Origin: Stegostoma tigrinum
Taxonomy: Eukaryota
NCBI RefSeq assembly: GCF_030684315.1
Contig: NC_081358.1
Location: 81,990,458 to 82,054,457 of the forward strand
Direction: 5' to 3'
DNA: 64,000 nucleotides
Below are positions 1 to 13,140 of the stretch, in pieces (within the stretch, counting starts at the first letter, position 1; each line of letters opens with the position of its first letter). The notes beneath the pieces are model-generated. The model saw nothing but the letters and a program-made list of their open reading frames with translations. It was not told the origin of the DNA and made no database searches. Both the position numbers and the translations under genes were made by a program.

Positions 1-920
1 TCCCTCCACCATAAGGTCAGAAGTTGGGATGCTCTCCAATGATTGCACAATGTTCAGCACCATTTGTGACTCCTCCAACAGTGAAGCAGTTCCATGTTCA
101 CATGCAACAAGATCTGAACAATATCCTGACTTAGGCTGACAAGTGGCAAGTGACATTTGTGCCACACAAATGCCAGGCTACGATCATCACCAATAAGAGA
201 GAATCTAATCACCACCCCTTGACATTCAATGATGTTACCATCACTGAATTCCCCACTATAAACATCCTGGGGGTCACCATTGACCAGAAACTCAACTGGA
301 CTCACTACATTAACTCAGTGGCTATAAGATCAGGCCAGAAGCTGGGAATACTGCAGAGAGTAACTCACCTCCTGACTCCTCAAAGCCTGTCCTCCCTCTA
401 CAAGGCACAAGTCAGGAGTGTGATGGAATAGTCCCCACTTACCTGGATGAGTACAGCCCCAACAGCACTCAAGGAGCTTGACACCATCCAGGACAAAGCA
501 GCCCACTTGATTTGCATTACATCCACGAGCATCCACTCCCTCTACCACCAACCCTCAGTAGCAGCAGTGTGTACTGTCTACTAGATGCACTGAAGAAATT
601 CACCGAAGATCCTCAGACAGCACCTTCCAAACCCATGACCATTTCAATCTAGAAGGAACAAGGGCATCAGACATATGGGAACACCACCACTTCCAAGTTC
701 CCCACCAAATCACTCACCATCCTGACTTGGAAATATGTCACCGTTCCATTACTGTCGCTGGGTCAAGATCTTGGAATTCCCTCCTAATAGCATTGTGGAT
801 CAACGCGCAGCAGGAGGACTGCAGCAGTTCAAGAAAGCAGCTCACCACCACCTCACGGGCAACTAGGGATAGGTAAGAAATGCTGGCCAGCCAGCGACGC
901 CCACATCCCACGAATGAATA
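1..920 (+). mobile_element. 3' part of a CR1/L2-group non-LTR LINE (shark family), decayed
   Basis: RT C-terminal motifs (W.VTF.P.KCQA, ILGVTIDQKLNWTHYI, LYKAQVRSVMEY) with stops. Family tail ...tgctggccagccagcgacgcccacatcccacgaatgaata recurs elsewhere in the window. Confidence 0.8.
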
Positions 921-1639
921 GAGAGAAAGAAAGATAAAAAGTTCAAACAGATTACTAAGTTTGCAAGCAATTTAGTTTAGTTTCAAGTTGTTGATAGGGC
1001 AATTGATGAGGAACAGCGTTTGGGCTGGAGACTGAACACAATGGTTTCATTTTTTCCAATTATTTAATTAGAGAAAATTTCTGTTTGCCCAGTGTCAGCT
1101 AAAATTTAAAATATTAATCAGCATCATACTAAAAAAAACTGGGTATCTGGCTGATGGACTGTAGCAGTTTATTGAGTGAAAATTGGTTGCCATGTCTTCC
1201 GTGCTATAACAGTGACTTCTCTTCAAAACTTACTTTCCTTTTCTCTCTTTCCCATGCAATTGTCAGCTTGTAGCCATGACTCACAATTACTGGCTGGACT
1301 TCCCTGCTACTCACATGGGTCACTATCAACATCCATAACTCTCTCTCTCTCTGTCCTCTCTTCCTGGAGGAGATGTGCATAGGACTTTAGGAAGAGAGTG
1401 AGGCCCAGGGATGGTGGCCTTCCAGTGAAAGGCACCTTGATGCCCATTGTCAATGCAAATCCATCTGGTCTAGTGGGAAATTGGTCTTTTCTAGAAATCT
1501 CCAGGGATCATCCACCCATGATGCCCACGACTTTAGAGCCAGAGCCTTGGGCTGCAAAGATAGAAAATGTCTGCTGATCAGCTGTTTATTCATGCCTTTG
1601 TTGCATCTAAAATTGACCCTTCTAACATTCTCCTATCTA

Positions 1640-2140
1640 GACTCGCCATGTTCTCGAGGTCATCCAAAGCTCTGCTGCCTGTGTCCTAATTTGCCCCAAA
1701 TCTGATTCATCCACCACCACTGTGCTACCCAAGCTCCTAATTAAACATTGCATCTATTTTAAAATTCTTACTCTAGTTTTCAAATCTTTTCACGGTCTTT
1801 TCGCTTACTAATTAAAATGTTCTCCAGCCCCACAATTGTTTAGAATATCTGAGTTACTATAATTCTGGCTGCTTCAATGTTATATATTTTAATTGCTCCA
1901 CCGTCAGTAACGATGCCTTTAGTTGCCCAGACCCTAAGCACTTGAGTACTTTCCTAAAATTTCTCTGCCTTACTGTCTCCATCTAAGTAGTTGCTTAAAA
2001 GCAACCTATTTGACCAAGGTTTTGGTCATGTCCCTTAACATCCCCTTATGTGGGTTTATATCAAATTCTGAGTTATAACAGTCCTCTGAAGTGATTTGGG
2101 ACAAATTATTACATCAAAAGTGCTAGGTTTATTATTATTA
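1640..2140 (+). mobile_element. Old L2-type LINE 3' fragment
   Basis: Degenerate L2 C-terminal pattern (..I.FKIL.LVFKSFHG..) and L2-like tail ..gtgatttgggac...gtgct.. Confidence 0.5.
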
Positions 2141-2259
2141 AATGCAGTTTGAAATTTTTTTATAATCATTAATATGCTACTGCATCCAATTCTCATCACC
2201 ATAATTTATGAAGGTTGTCAAATCTTTAGAGAGGAAACAGAAGAGATTGAGTAGAATGA

Positions 2260-2477
2260 TAAGAACAAAAAGAGCTACAGATGCTGTAAATCAGAAACAA
2301 AAACATAAGTTGCTGGAAAAGCTCTGCTGGTCTGGGAGCATGTGTGAAGGAGAAAACAGAGTTAACGTTTCGAGTCTGGTGACCATTTTTGAATGGTCAC
2401 CAGACCCAAAATGTTAACTCTGATTTCTCTTCACAGATGCTGCCAGACCTGCTGAGCTTTTCCAGTGACTTATGTTT
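2260..2477. mobile_element. Palindromic Penelope-pLTR-derived insertion
   Basis: Inverted arms ~2298-2388 and ~2392-2480. TSD ttgagtagaatga at 2247-2259 and 2478-2490. Inserted in a CR1 fragment (~2190-2880). Confidence 0.8.
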
Positions 2478-3399
2478 TTGAGTAGAATGAAACCGGGAGT
2501 GAAGTAGTTAAGACCAGAGAAAATCCAATCAGTTTCCTTGGAAAAGGGAATTTTTTTGTGGAAGCACAACAAGTGACATTCAATATGATAGAGCATTTGG
2601 ATTCACGTACATAAGGAGAAACTGTGTCTGGTGCCAGAAAAGTTAGTTATTCAGATGACACAGAGTTTTGGTAATTGACAAAAGAGTCAGGGATGTTGTA
2701 AGGAGAGACTTTATTCACAGTAATTTATTATGATCCAGAATGCACCATCTCGAATAGTGGCAGAAACAGATTCAAAATGTATATTCAAAAGGGAATTGGA
2801 TAAATACGTCATGGGAAAATTTTTGCAGAGCTATGAGGAAGGATTGCATTGATGAGCAGAATGGCCTTCTGCTGTAAGATTCCTTGGCTGGAATAATCTA
2901 TTTTCCCTTATGCAGATTGGGGGATGCTGGATTGAGTGCTGATTGCTGGGCTTTGCGACCAATTCAGCGCCACATCCAAAAGTCCTGCCCTCCCTGAAAC
3001 TGCCAGCCAGTCAAAACATTGTATGAGAATTTGTGGGCTGAGTGGGGAGAGTCAGTGGGTCAGAGACAAGAGCACGGGGTGGGGGAGAGGGTGCAGCCCT
3101 CACCTTCTGTAGCAGCCTATGCTTCATTAGTCCTCCTGATTGCCCATAGATTGGTGGAAAATCGCACAACCCAATAGGCAGGCCATACTGTTTTTCCCAG
3201 TCAGGAAGGTAGCTATTTTTCACACTTGCTGGGAAGTTAAAGTAATTGAAGTTATTGAAAGTTGATGGCCTTAAAATGGTCAGTAACACAGACCTTACTG
3301 TCTGAAACTTAATTGCTGAGGTGGCAGAAAGGAGACAGATTTCTCCCTCGTGTCAACCCGCACAATAATTTGACCTTATGGCAAGGTTGAACGATATTT

Positions 3400-5100
3400 C
3401 AAATGCATTACTGCTGATTTGACTCAGGAGGTGAATGGTGCTTTGTTGAATGCCACAGGATCATATAGCCCTGTGAACTCCTATTTCACGGCATCCCAGT
3501 TGAGAGGTAGAATTCTGGTTTGTGGTCCCATCCCTAGCCTGTGCTTTGCAGTGTTTTGCAGCTCCTGTCTCGTTGGCTGACTGAGGAGAATAGATAACGG
3601 TGACAGGATATAGCTGACCTTGTAATTATGATGCCTGGGGCTGGACTCCTATGTGAAATGCTAGATCTGTAGAGCATCTTGTGGTTCCACAAAGTAAATA
3701 CAGTGAATAATTTGTGCATGTTTGCATTTGCACATTACTATGGGATCCAGCATGTGTTTCTGAGGACAGACTGATGTTAGATAAAAAAAGAGCAAGTGAC
3801 AGAATGAGATAACTCCCCTGTGGCAACATATAAATACATGTTAATTCAATACAGCTAGACTGAGAATAGAATATGGTCGTAACCCAGGGAGCATGAAGTG
3901 AGTTTCTTTTTGTATTTTGGCCTTATATGAATACTTGTGCTGTAACTTTGGGTGCTTGAGATATGATTGCATAGTGCCCCTTTGGGCTGGGGAGGTCCTC
4001 CACCAAATCTCAGGGACACAATGTCCTGCACAATGGCTACACAATGCTGCAGCATAATGTTGCTTGTGGAGGGGATCCCCTTTCCAAGATGCAAGCTTTG
4101 ACTCAGCGCTGCCCTATGTCACACTGTCCAATCAGCTTAGTGTGATGGCAGAATTCGAAATCTGAGCCATGTTGGTTCTGTGAAAGATCTAGACTGAGGT
4201 TGCAATATGGGCTGTGTACTTATGCTCCTTAAAGGGCCAGGGACCCAAATTGGAGAAATTTCCATTGCAAACTGTCTGGAATCACTCTGGAGCGTTTCTG
4301 GATGCTTCTTAATTGTGTTGACCTCAGGGATTTGATGTACAACATTGAGGCATCCTCACAATGATGCCTGAGCACTCAATAACCTGGTGAGCAAAGAAAG
4401 AGTCAACAAGTATAAGGGCAAAGGTGAGAGGGCCTTTGGCTCAGCAGTAGGACAGGAAGAGAGGGTAGAGACTGTGGAGAGGTTAGAACCCTCCATGTTC
4501 CTTCACAGTGGGAGAAAGATGTCTGGTGGTCAAGCCTATTACACACAACAGAAGGCATTGGTTTTTTAAGTTGGCTGCGTGGCGTCGGGCCCAAAAGCAG
4601 GAGGAGATTACTTTCAGAAGTGTGTCAAGTTTACTTGTGAGATTACATTCTTCCCAACCTTATAATGTTCAAGCATGGGTAAAATGTGAGACATGATGGG
4701 CAGATGAGTGGCAAGTTCTGCCCTCTGCATTCTAGGTGCCAATTTGCAGGCATAATATTTAATAGTTATCTGGATGCCAGTTCACTCTCTGCCACCCAGG
4801 AGCATCATTTGAGCTGTACACCTCACACCCACCCATCCCAGAGTGATGACAAAAAAAAGTGCCGTATCTTAGCAACATCACCTCAGAGATTTTTTGGATG
4901 ATTTTCTGGGACGTTAGGGAAGTTTTACTTGCCCTGGTAAAGCCAGCAAAAGGCCATCCAACTGATGAACGCAGCCTGGACAGAGATGGCAGTACCTGTG
5001 GATGGCTGCAAGAGGGTTAATGGTCTCCAATGCTTTCTCTACTCAACACCTAATGCTCCTCTGAATGTGAGTTAGCAATGTAAGGTTGCCACGACAGATG
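3400..5100 (+). mobile_element. Fossil PIF/Harbinger transposon (transposase remnant ~3650-4080, Myb/SANT remnant ~4860-5035)
   Basis: Heavily decayed motifs reminiscent of HARBI1 (PGS.HD, GDKGYP, FG.LK.RF, CC.LHN). LMNAAWTEMAVPVDGCKRVNGLQC resembles the Myb/SANT W..A..V...R...QC pattern. Confidence 0.4.
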
Positions 5101-7981
5101 ACTGGTTTGGTACAGGCAATTTCAATTCATGTCCTGTACGCAATTAATGCCTGTCACTTCATTACAGCAATATTGACACTTAGACCACAGTGCCGCCGGC
5201 CCTGTGGCTTCTGCCAGGCTCACATAGAGTCACAGAGTCAGAAAATAGTACAGCAAGGACTATTTGGCTCAAACTAGTCAATGCTGACCATGGATCGCAC
5301 TCAACTCGTTCCAATTGTCCGCATTTGATCCGTATCCCTCTAAACCTTTCTCATCCACTATCTATCCAAATTTTTTTTTAACTGTTGCTATTGTGCCTGC
5401 CTCTACCACTTTCTCACATTTAAAACATACAAGTAGCTACTGGATTCAACACCACCAACTCACTGGCCTTTCATCACAAATAGGAGAAAATACACATCCG
5501 ATAGCTTTTCTCTAAAGATTTGTGAAAGACGAGGACACCATCACAAAACATGATCTCAGGTTGAATACTTCACAGGTGTCTCAGGCACACACATTATACA
5601 ATGTATTATCAATTTTCATCAATTCCAGTTCTGAACCATTTCGCAGTTAGAGCCTCTTAACACCTAACGTCCCCCATACCACATTCTTCTTCCCAGTAAC
5701 TACACGTGCACTTTCACAGATCTGGGGATTGGCATCTCAACCTAAACCAGCATAGGCAATGTGCTCTTGTGCATGCGCTAACTTCTTTTAATGCTTCTCC
5801 CCGTCTGTTGGGAAAAAATTTGCATGACTAATGTGCATTCGCACAGAGAGGAAGAAAATGTCTGATATAATCCTCTTGGTCCAATGTGAGCTCACAGGGC
5901 TGGCTGGGGAGCAAGAGGAATATGTCAATTCTGAGGATTGGTTAGTTAGAGCTATCTAGTGAGAAAACCTCCAATCTGCTTCTCTTGCCTGCACATCAAG
6001 CACCACCTAAATGCAAGTTCTTTGATTTCTTTGCCATTTTGTCTTTGTCTAGCTCCAACATTTCTGCCACAGGATCAAAGTCTTGAAACTGCCTCCTTAA
6101 ACAGCACTGTGGTGTCCCTATAGCTCCAGGTCTGCAATAAGAAGGCAGCTCACCACCACCTTCTGAAGGCAATCAGAGATGGGAATAAATACTGGCTTAA
6201 CCAGCAATGCCCACACTCCGGGGTGAATGAATAATAAAGAAGTATCAGTTTACTCTGACACTATGGAAGGTCATTATTCAACACTTTAAGATCACAATTG
6301 TAACTTTTGCCCAATCACATGTAAGCAATCTTGAAAATGTGCAGCTGATGCAGTCTTACTGCTGCACTGAAATCCACCCAGAAATTCAAAAGCACAGCCT
6401 GCTCACATTTAATGTGCCATTTGCTATTATAAAATTGTACAGTTGTGGGAGATTAAGAAAAAAAAATTGATTCCATGGGCTTCAAGTAGCATATGGCACA
6501 AATTTACACTGTGGCGTTAGTTACGAATGTGAATGATTCAAACTGCCCTCAGTGCAGCCCTCACCAATAAACAGAGGGCAGAATTTATGCACCCCTTCCC
6601 ATCACCAGGAATAAGCTGGCAGTTGGGGAAGGGGAGCAGTTGTTGCTAAGCCCATTGACTTATTTGTTATTGTTGATACTTAACTTGTGACTTGGAGTGG
6701 GGAGGGGGGTTATGAACACTTCACATGGTAAAACCTGATAACCTTGTCTGGATTGAAGGGATTCCTTCTTGTTCAAGTACCCTGTGCCCAGCAGAGATAT
6801 GCCCAATATAGACTCTACCATCACCCCCTGCTCCTACCTACCCTCTTTCCCTGGTGAACCCAGGCACAGTTGCCAGGGCCTGTTAGTCTGGCAGCGATGA
6901 AACACTGCAGATCCTGGAACGTGGTTCCAGTTTGGTCATGAAACTCAATGGCGGTCATCATTTCCATTATTTCTGCTGGGAAAGCTCAGAGAATGACTAC
7001 CACCCAGTAGTTCGCCATTGGGCCTGTTATGTTTGTGCTGGTTCTCTGAAGAAGCAATTCACCAAATAGCTCCACCTTGCCTTCTCCCAGCAGTTACGGG
7101 TGTTATTCCTTTTCAGGTCCTAACTATTCATTGTGCAAAAACATCTTTCCTCACGTTATCATTTGGTGATGACTACCATACAACTGTATTCTCTGTGTCT
7201 CAATCTTCCCACCAACGCGAGCAGTTCTTTCCCTCCACTCTGCCCAGGCCCCAATGATTTTGGGTACCTCTCCAATTCTCCTGTCAAACTTTTCATTGAC
7301 AAGAAAAATATCTCCAAGCTGTTTTTATAAAGAAGAAAGTACTTCTCAAATAGTTCTACAAATCTTGTAATTGAGATCACGAATGGGACTAAAAGATGGC
7401 AGCCACAACGTTGCGCTGCTACCAGCAATGGGCACTGGATGAGCGCACTTGATGGTGCAAGGGGCGAATATAAGCTTTCCAATGGTCGAGTGAAAGCAAG
7501 ACTGTAGCGTACTGAAATTCCCAATGACAAGTGACAGGAATCCCAATGTAACAATTTAGCACAGCATTCTAATTAAGTCAACATTCCACCAGATTTACTC
7601 TGCAATTAAATCTGCAGTAAATAAGAAACGTGAGCCTTCAGATTCATGATTAGATTAAGGATGGTGTGTGACAGGTTAGGTGGTCCCTCTGTTGCAATTG
7701 TATTGAATTGGAGCTGATTTTCTTTTTTTGGGAAGCTTTGTTCGATGAAGCTAGTGGAAGCATAGGCGTATTGAGATTTGCTAATGGCAGTGCTGTCAGT
7801 TTAGAGCATAGTCATGGTTGATCAAGGGAGGGAGCATGGATCATGGTGAACATACAAGTGATTGTTGGGGACAAAGATAGGAAGCTACAGAAGGAACTTC
7901 ACTATCTACAGAGGGAAGTCAATCATGGCTGTGGGGTTAGAAAGGAAAAGACAATGGTGAGCTCCTGAGAGTTGAAGGTAA

Positions 7982-8053
7982 CAGAGGGTGGAGCAGCGGA
8001 AGCGTTCTGGGGTCTTAACTCAGAGGTCAATAGATCGAAACCATCCCCTGCTA
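7982..8053 (+). pseudogene. tRNA-iMet-derived pseudogene, anticodon position reads CTT
   Basis: Co-linear with vertebrate initiator tRNA (..TGGCGCAGCGGAAGCGTGCTGGGCCCATAACCCAGAGGTCGATGGATCGAAACCATCC.CTGCTA), including the diagnostic GATCGAAA T-loop. Several stem mismatches. Confidence 0.85.
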
Positions 8054-8744
8054 TTTAGCTTACTTAAACATTCCTTCTTCTCCCAACTGCTCCAGAGGTG
8101 TGTAATGACTTTACCTTGCTCTCTCTTGATGGATGCTATCTAATGGACCGTGTCTCTAGCATTTGCTGTTTTCAGAACATCTGTAAACAGGAAAAATAAG
8201 TAAAATTAAGAAAAGACAGAGGGCGGAGAAATAAAAAAAGGTGCTGAAGTTGTGAAAAAGGGATTAACTCTAAGATCATGCAAATGCTAATATATTTAAG
8301 GAAGCAACAATAGAACTATTTTACAAGTATGCAGAAGAATTTATTGTGATCTAATTTGCATTGGCATTGAAACATTTCCAAATTTAAGTGAAGTTTACTT
8401 GAATGTAGAACAGGACAAATTATGTAAAAATCAAAGATTTTTTGGGACAACTACTTAATCTCATTAATACAAAAACACAATACTTAGGAGCAGTAATAGA
8501 CTGCACGGTCTGCCCTTCTGGCCTGCTATGTCATGTCATTCAGAACAATCAAAGTTGATCATGGGCTTTAATTTAACTTTTCTACTCATTCTCCGTATCC
8601 CTGGATTCTCTGAGAGACCAAAAGTCTTTCTATTGTGCGTTTAAATATACTCCAAAATTAAGTGACAGTGTTCCATCTCATATGATTATGGTTTGTATTA
8701 TGGAGTTAACTCTGTATTAAATGTGAATATAAGTGGTGGTATGG

Positions 8745-11040
8745 CACACTGACCTCTACATCGCCGAGGCCAGCTCTCTGATACCTCCTCCTACTGTCCC
8801 TTGATCATGACCCCACCCCCGACCACCAAAACATCATCTCCCAGACCATCCACAACCTTATCACCTCAGATGACCTCCCACCCACAGCCTCCAGCCTCAT
8901 CATTCCCCAACCCTGCACCGCCCGTTTCTATCTCCTTCCCAAAATCCACCAACCTGACTGCCCTGGTCAACTCATTGTCTCTGCCTGCTCCTGCCTCACT
9001 GAACTTATCTCCACTTTCTGACTCCATTTTCTCCACCCTGGCCCAGGAGGTCCCCACCTACTTCCGTGGCACCACCCATGCCCTCCACCTCATCTAAAAC
9101 TTTTGATTCCCTGGTCCCCAATACCTCATCTTTACCGTGGACATCCAGCCCCTATACACCTGCATTCCCCATGCAGATGGCCGAAAGGCCCTTCACTTCT
9201 TCATCTCTCACAGGCCCGACCAGCCCCCCTCCACTGACACCCTTATCCGCTTAGCTGAACTTGTCCTTATCCTTAACAGCTTCTCCTTTAATTCCTCCCC
9301 CCTCCTACAGACAAAGGGGATGGCCATGGGTACCTGCATGGGACCAAGCTATTCCTGCCTCTTTGTAGGCTACGTGGAACAATCCCTCTTCCGTACCTAC
9401 ACTGACCCTATCCCCCACCTCTTCTTCTGTTATATTGATGACTGTATCGGCGCCGCCTCGTGCTCCCACAAGGAACGCGAACAGTTCATTCACTTTACTA
9501 ACACCTTCCACCCCAACCTTAAGTTCACCTGGACCATCTCCGATACCAATCTCTCCTTCCTGGACCTCTCTGTTTCCATCTCAGGCACCTGGAAACTGAT
9601 ATCTATTTCAAGCCTACCAGTTCCCACAGCTATCTAGAATACATCTCCTCTCACCCACCTTCCTGAAAAATGCCATACCCTATTCCCAAATCCTTCGCCT
9701 TCGCCGTATCCGCTCCCGACATGAGGCATTCTACTCCCGGACATCTCAGATGTCCTTGTTTATCAAGGACCACAATTTCCCCTCCATAGTAATCGAAAAT
9801 GCTCTTGACTGCATCTTTTGCATTTCCCACAATTCATCCCTCACACCCCTTCCCCACAATAACAACAAAGACAGAATTCCCCACATCCTCACAAACAACC
9901 CCACCAACCGCCGGATTCAACGCATCACCCTCCTGCACTTCCACCATCTGCAATCTGATCCACTACTAAGGACACTTTTCCCTTCCACCCATAGCTGCCT
10001 TCCAGAGGGACCACTCTATCTGTGACCCCCATCATCCACTCCACACTCCCTGCTAGCCCCACCCCCCCCCGGTGCTTTTCCCTGCAACCACAGGAAGTGA
10101 TACACCTGCCCCTACACCTCACCCCCATCCCAGGCCCCAAGAAGACTTTCCACATCAAGTTCATCTGCACATCTACCAATGTGGTATACTGCATACAGAC
10201 GTCAATGAACCGCTTCAACTCCCCCTCCCATTCCTTAGACGACATTTCCATCCTGGGCCTCCTGTAGTGCCACCATGATGCCACCTGAAGGTTGCAGGAA
10301 CAGCAACTCATATTCCGCTTGGGAACCCTGCAGCCCAATGGGATCAATGTGGATTTCACAAGTTGAAAATCTCCCCTCCCCCCACTGCATCCCAAAACCA
10401 GCCCAGCTCGTCCCCGCCCCCCCTAACCTGTTCTTCCTCTCACCTATTCCCTCCTCCTACCTCAAGCCACACATCCATTTCCTACCTATTAAAGTCATCC
10501 CACCCCCTTGACCTGTCCATCCTCCCCGGACTGACCTATCTCCTCCCTACCTCCCCGCCTACATTTACCTCTACAGGCTCCATCCCCGCCCCTTTAACTT
10601 GTCTGTCTCCTCTCCACCTATCTTCTCCTCTATCCATCTTTGATCTGCCTCCACCTCTCTCCCTATTTATTTCAGAATCCTCTCCCCATCCACCTTTCCT
10701 GATGAAGTGTCTGGGCCCGAAACATCAGCTTTTGTGATTCTAAAATGCTGCTTGGCCTGCTGTGTTCATCCAGCAGATACTTTGTTAACCCCCTTCCCAG
10801 CTCCCTATCTACACACACCTTTACTGGCTCCATCCCGCCTCCTTGACCTGTCCATCTTCCCTCCAACTATCTGTTCCTTTATCCACCTTCCATCATTGCC
10901 TCCCCCCGACCTTTATTTCAGAGTTCCCTTCTCCTCCCCCATGTCTGAAGAAGTGTCCTGACCCGAAACGTCAGCTTTCCTGCTCCTCTGACGCTGCCTG
11001 GCCTGCTGTGTTCATCCAGCTCTACACCTTGTTATCTCTA
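8745..11040 (+). mobile_element. Penelope-like retroelement, 5'-truncated and decayed, with two tandem 3' pLTRs
   Basis: RT motifs (LPKIH.P..PG..IVS, DIQPLYTCIP, GMAMGT.MGPSY, YIDD, F.PNLKFT, LSFLD) and a partly deleted GIY-YIG region (NVVYCI...GTLQPNGIN). pLTRs at ~10680-10790 and ~10800-11040. Confidence 0.9.
10945..10972 (+). ncRNA. Minimal type-I hammerhead ribozyme motif (pLTR; stem II partly degraded)
   Basis: CTGAAGA-agtgtcctgaccc-GAAAC-GTC. A second, more degraded motif lies at 10699-10726. Confidence 0.5.
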
Positions 11041-12036
11041 GCATTAGAATTAGCTTTATCGTCATGTATCCAAGTGAATACAGTGAAAAGTTTATGAGTT
11101 ACCACTTGTGGTGCCATCTTAGGTACAAAGGTACCTAGGTACAGATTCTTGAGTACAAATTCTTAGGGAAAAAAACCTAGAAAATAAAGAAATAAAAAAT
11201 CCAGCATTACAAAATCATTGTAATAAATTCAAAAAATAAAGAAATAAGAAGTTCAGAGTAACAGTCCTTCCACGATAATAAAAACAATTTAAATAGACAA
11301 TTGAAGACAAAGTTCACTTAGTCCATTTCACAGCTCGGGGCTCAAGGGCCCAAACACCCACTCCCAAATCCCCCTCTTGGAATTCTGGGCTGGCCCCAGC
11401 ACGATGAAGAAAACGCCTCACGTAATCGCAGACTGAAGCCATTGAAAGGACACCTAGAATGTCGCTGACGATAAATCCGCTGAAACCGTTTTAAAGAATT
11501 CCAGGCCAGATATGGCCCCATGAAGATGCTGCAGAAGCCTCAAGGAAAACCTGGACCAATGGAATCCCAGGCCCGGACCCACCTCGTATTCAGCCAGGAG
11601 GAAAGGCTGGATCTTCACCGGAGACAAGGGAGAGAAAACAAAGAAAAGAAATGATAAGAAAAGCAGACAAACTGATGTGGCTTTAGAGGCTCATCTGGAA
11701 TGGTAGTTTCTGTCAAATTTCAGCAGAGGAAGATGCTGTATGAATGAATGAATGAATGAATGAATGAAAGATTTGTAGTCACAGGTAGTCTACAATGAAC
11801 AACTCAGTAAAAAGCAGTGAAAAGCTTCAACTGTCGCCAAAATCCAGCACCATTTTCAATAGTTTGAGAATAATACCTTTGTACCTAAGATGGCGCCACA
11901 AGTGGTAACTCATAAACCTTTCACTGTACTCACGTGGATACATGACGATAAAGCTAATTCTAATGCTAGAGATAACAAGGTGTAGAGCCGGATGAACACA
12001 GCAGGCCAGGCAGCATCAGAGGAGCAGGTAAGCTGA
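10971..12036. repeat. 163-bp inverted repeat pair (10971-11133 / 11874-12036) around a ~740 bp spacer
   Basis: Arms are near-identical reverse complements. The ORF track shows the same peptide (CSSDAAWPAVFI.LYTLLSLALELALSSCI) on both strands. Confidence 0.9.
11741..11768 (+). repeat. (TGAA)7 microsatellite, probably a retroposon tail on the minus strand
   Basis: Direct reading. Confidence 0.9.
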
Positions 12037-12354
12037 TACAGAGTCCATCTTTGTTCCATTGCCTCTGTCATAAGCCCTGAGCCCTGATCCAGCTCATTCA
12101 CCTGTACCACCAGCCCTTCTCCACTGTGTTGCCCCTGCCTGTGCCAGACCCACCAATATTGGAAGCCCCCATCCCTCAGGCGCCATCTCTTCGTCACTAG
12201 ACCCAATTCACTGCTGAGCAGCTGATGCTGGGTGCCATGCTGAATCTACATTCGGTCTGCAACCAGAAGCAGTTCCACTGCCTTGCCATTCACTAGGAGT
12301 CCCCGGTCTGGACCTACCACGACCAGGTGTCACTGGTTGCTAAGAATCATATAG

Positions 12355-12660
12355 TCTAAGAGTCATTGAGTCATACAGCACAGAAACAGATCCTTCCAGT
12401 CCATGCCGAACGTAATCCCAAGCTAAACTAGTACCCCCTACCTGCTCCTGGCCCATACCCCTCCAAACATTTTCCTACGCAAGTACTTATTCAAATGTCT
12501 TTTGAACATAATTGTACGGACATCCACAATTTCCTCAGGAAGTTCATTGCACATGTGAAACACCTTCTGTTTTAAAAAAAATTGTTCTTCATGTCTTTTT
12601 TAAATTTCTCTGCTTTCACTTCAAATATATCCCCTAGTCTTGAAATCCCTCATCCTAGAG
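12355..12660 (-). mobile_element. CR1/HER1-type LINE 3' end
   Basis: Reverse complement of the 3' end seen at 21950-22230. Confidence 0.75.
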
Positions 12661-13140
12661 AAAAGAAAGATGCTGCTCCATCCAGCTCCATACCTTGTTA
12701 TCTCGGATTCTCCAGCATCTGCAGTTCCCATTATCTCTGATCATAGTTTTTTTCTCCATTCACTTCCTCCACATGTCATGGCACCCACTTCACATCTCAC
12801 TTGCAGGTGTTGTCATTATTGTAGGGGTCATGACCGGTGGCCAATTCACCATTCAGCATGTATTAGTATATTCATACATTATCTATCTGATGAACATAGG
12901 CAAGTGAGTGCAGGTATCATTGGCTGAGCAATGAGTGTATGCTGATAAAGTCTGTGTACACCAGGATCTTGTGTTGGTGACCTTATTCTGACAAGAGATG
13001 CTGGGTATAACTTTCAGACAGCAAAATTGACACTGTTCACTCTTTTCGTCTGTCTAGCCTATGTTCTCGCCCTCAGAGCTAGTGAATACAAAGAAAGCAC
13101 AGCTTCAGCCTCTGTCTGGGCCAGTGAATATGAAACTTAC

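Noticed and set aside
7982-8053. Functional tRNA-Lys or tRNA-iMet gene
   Set aside because: Mismatched acceptor, D and T stems, and an anticodon inconsistent with the tRNA body; called a pseudogene.
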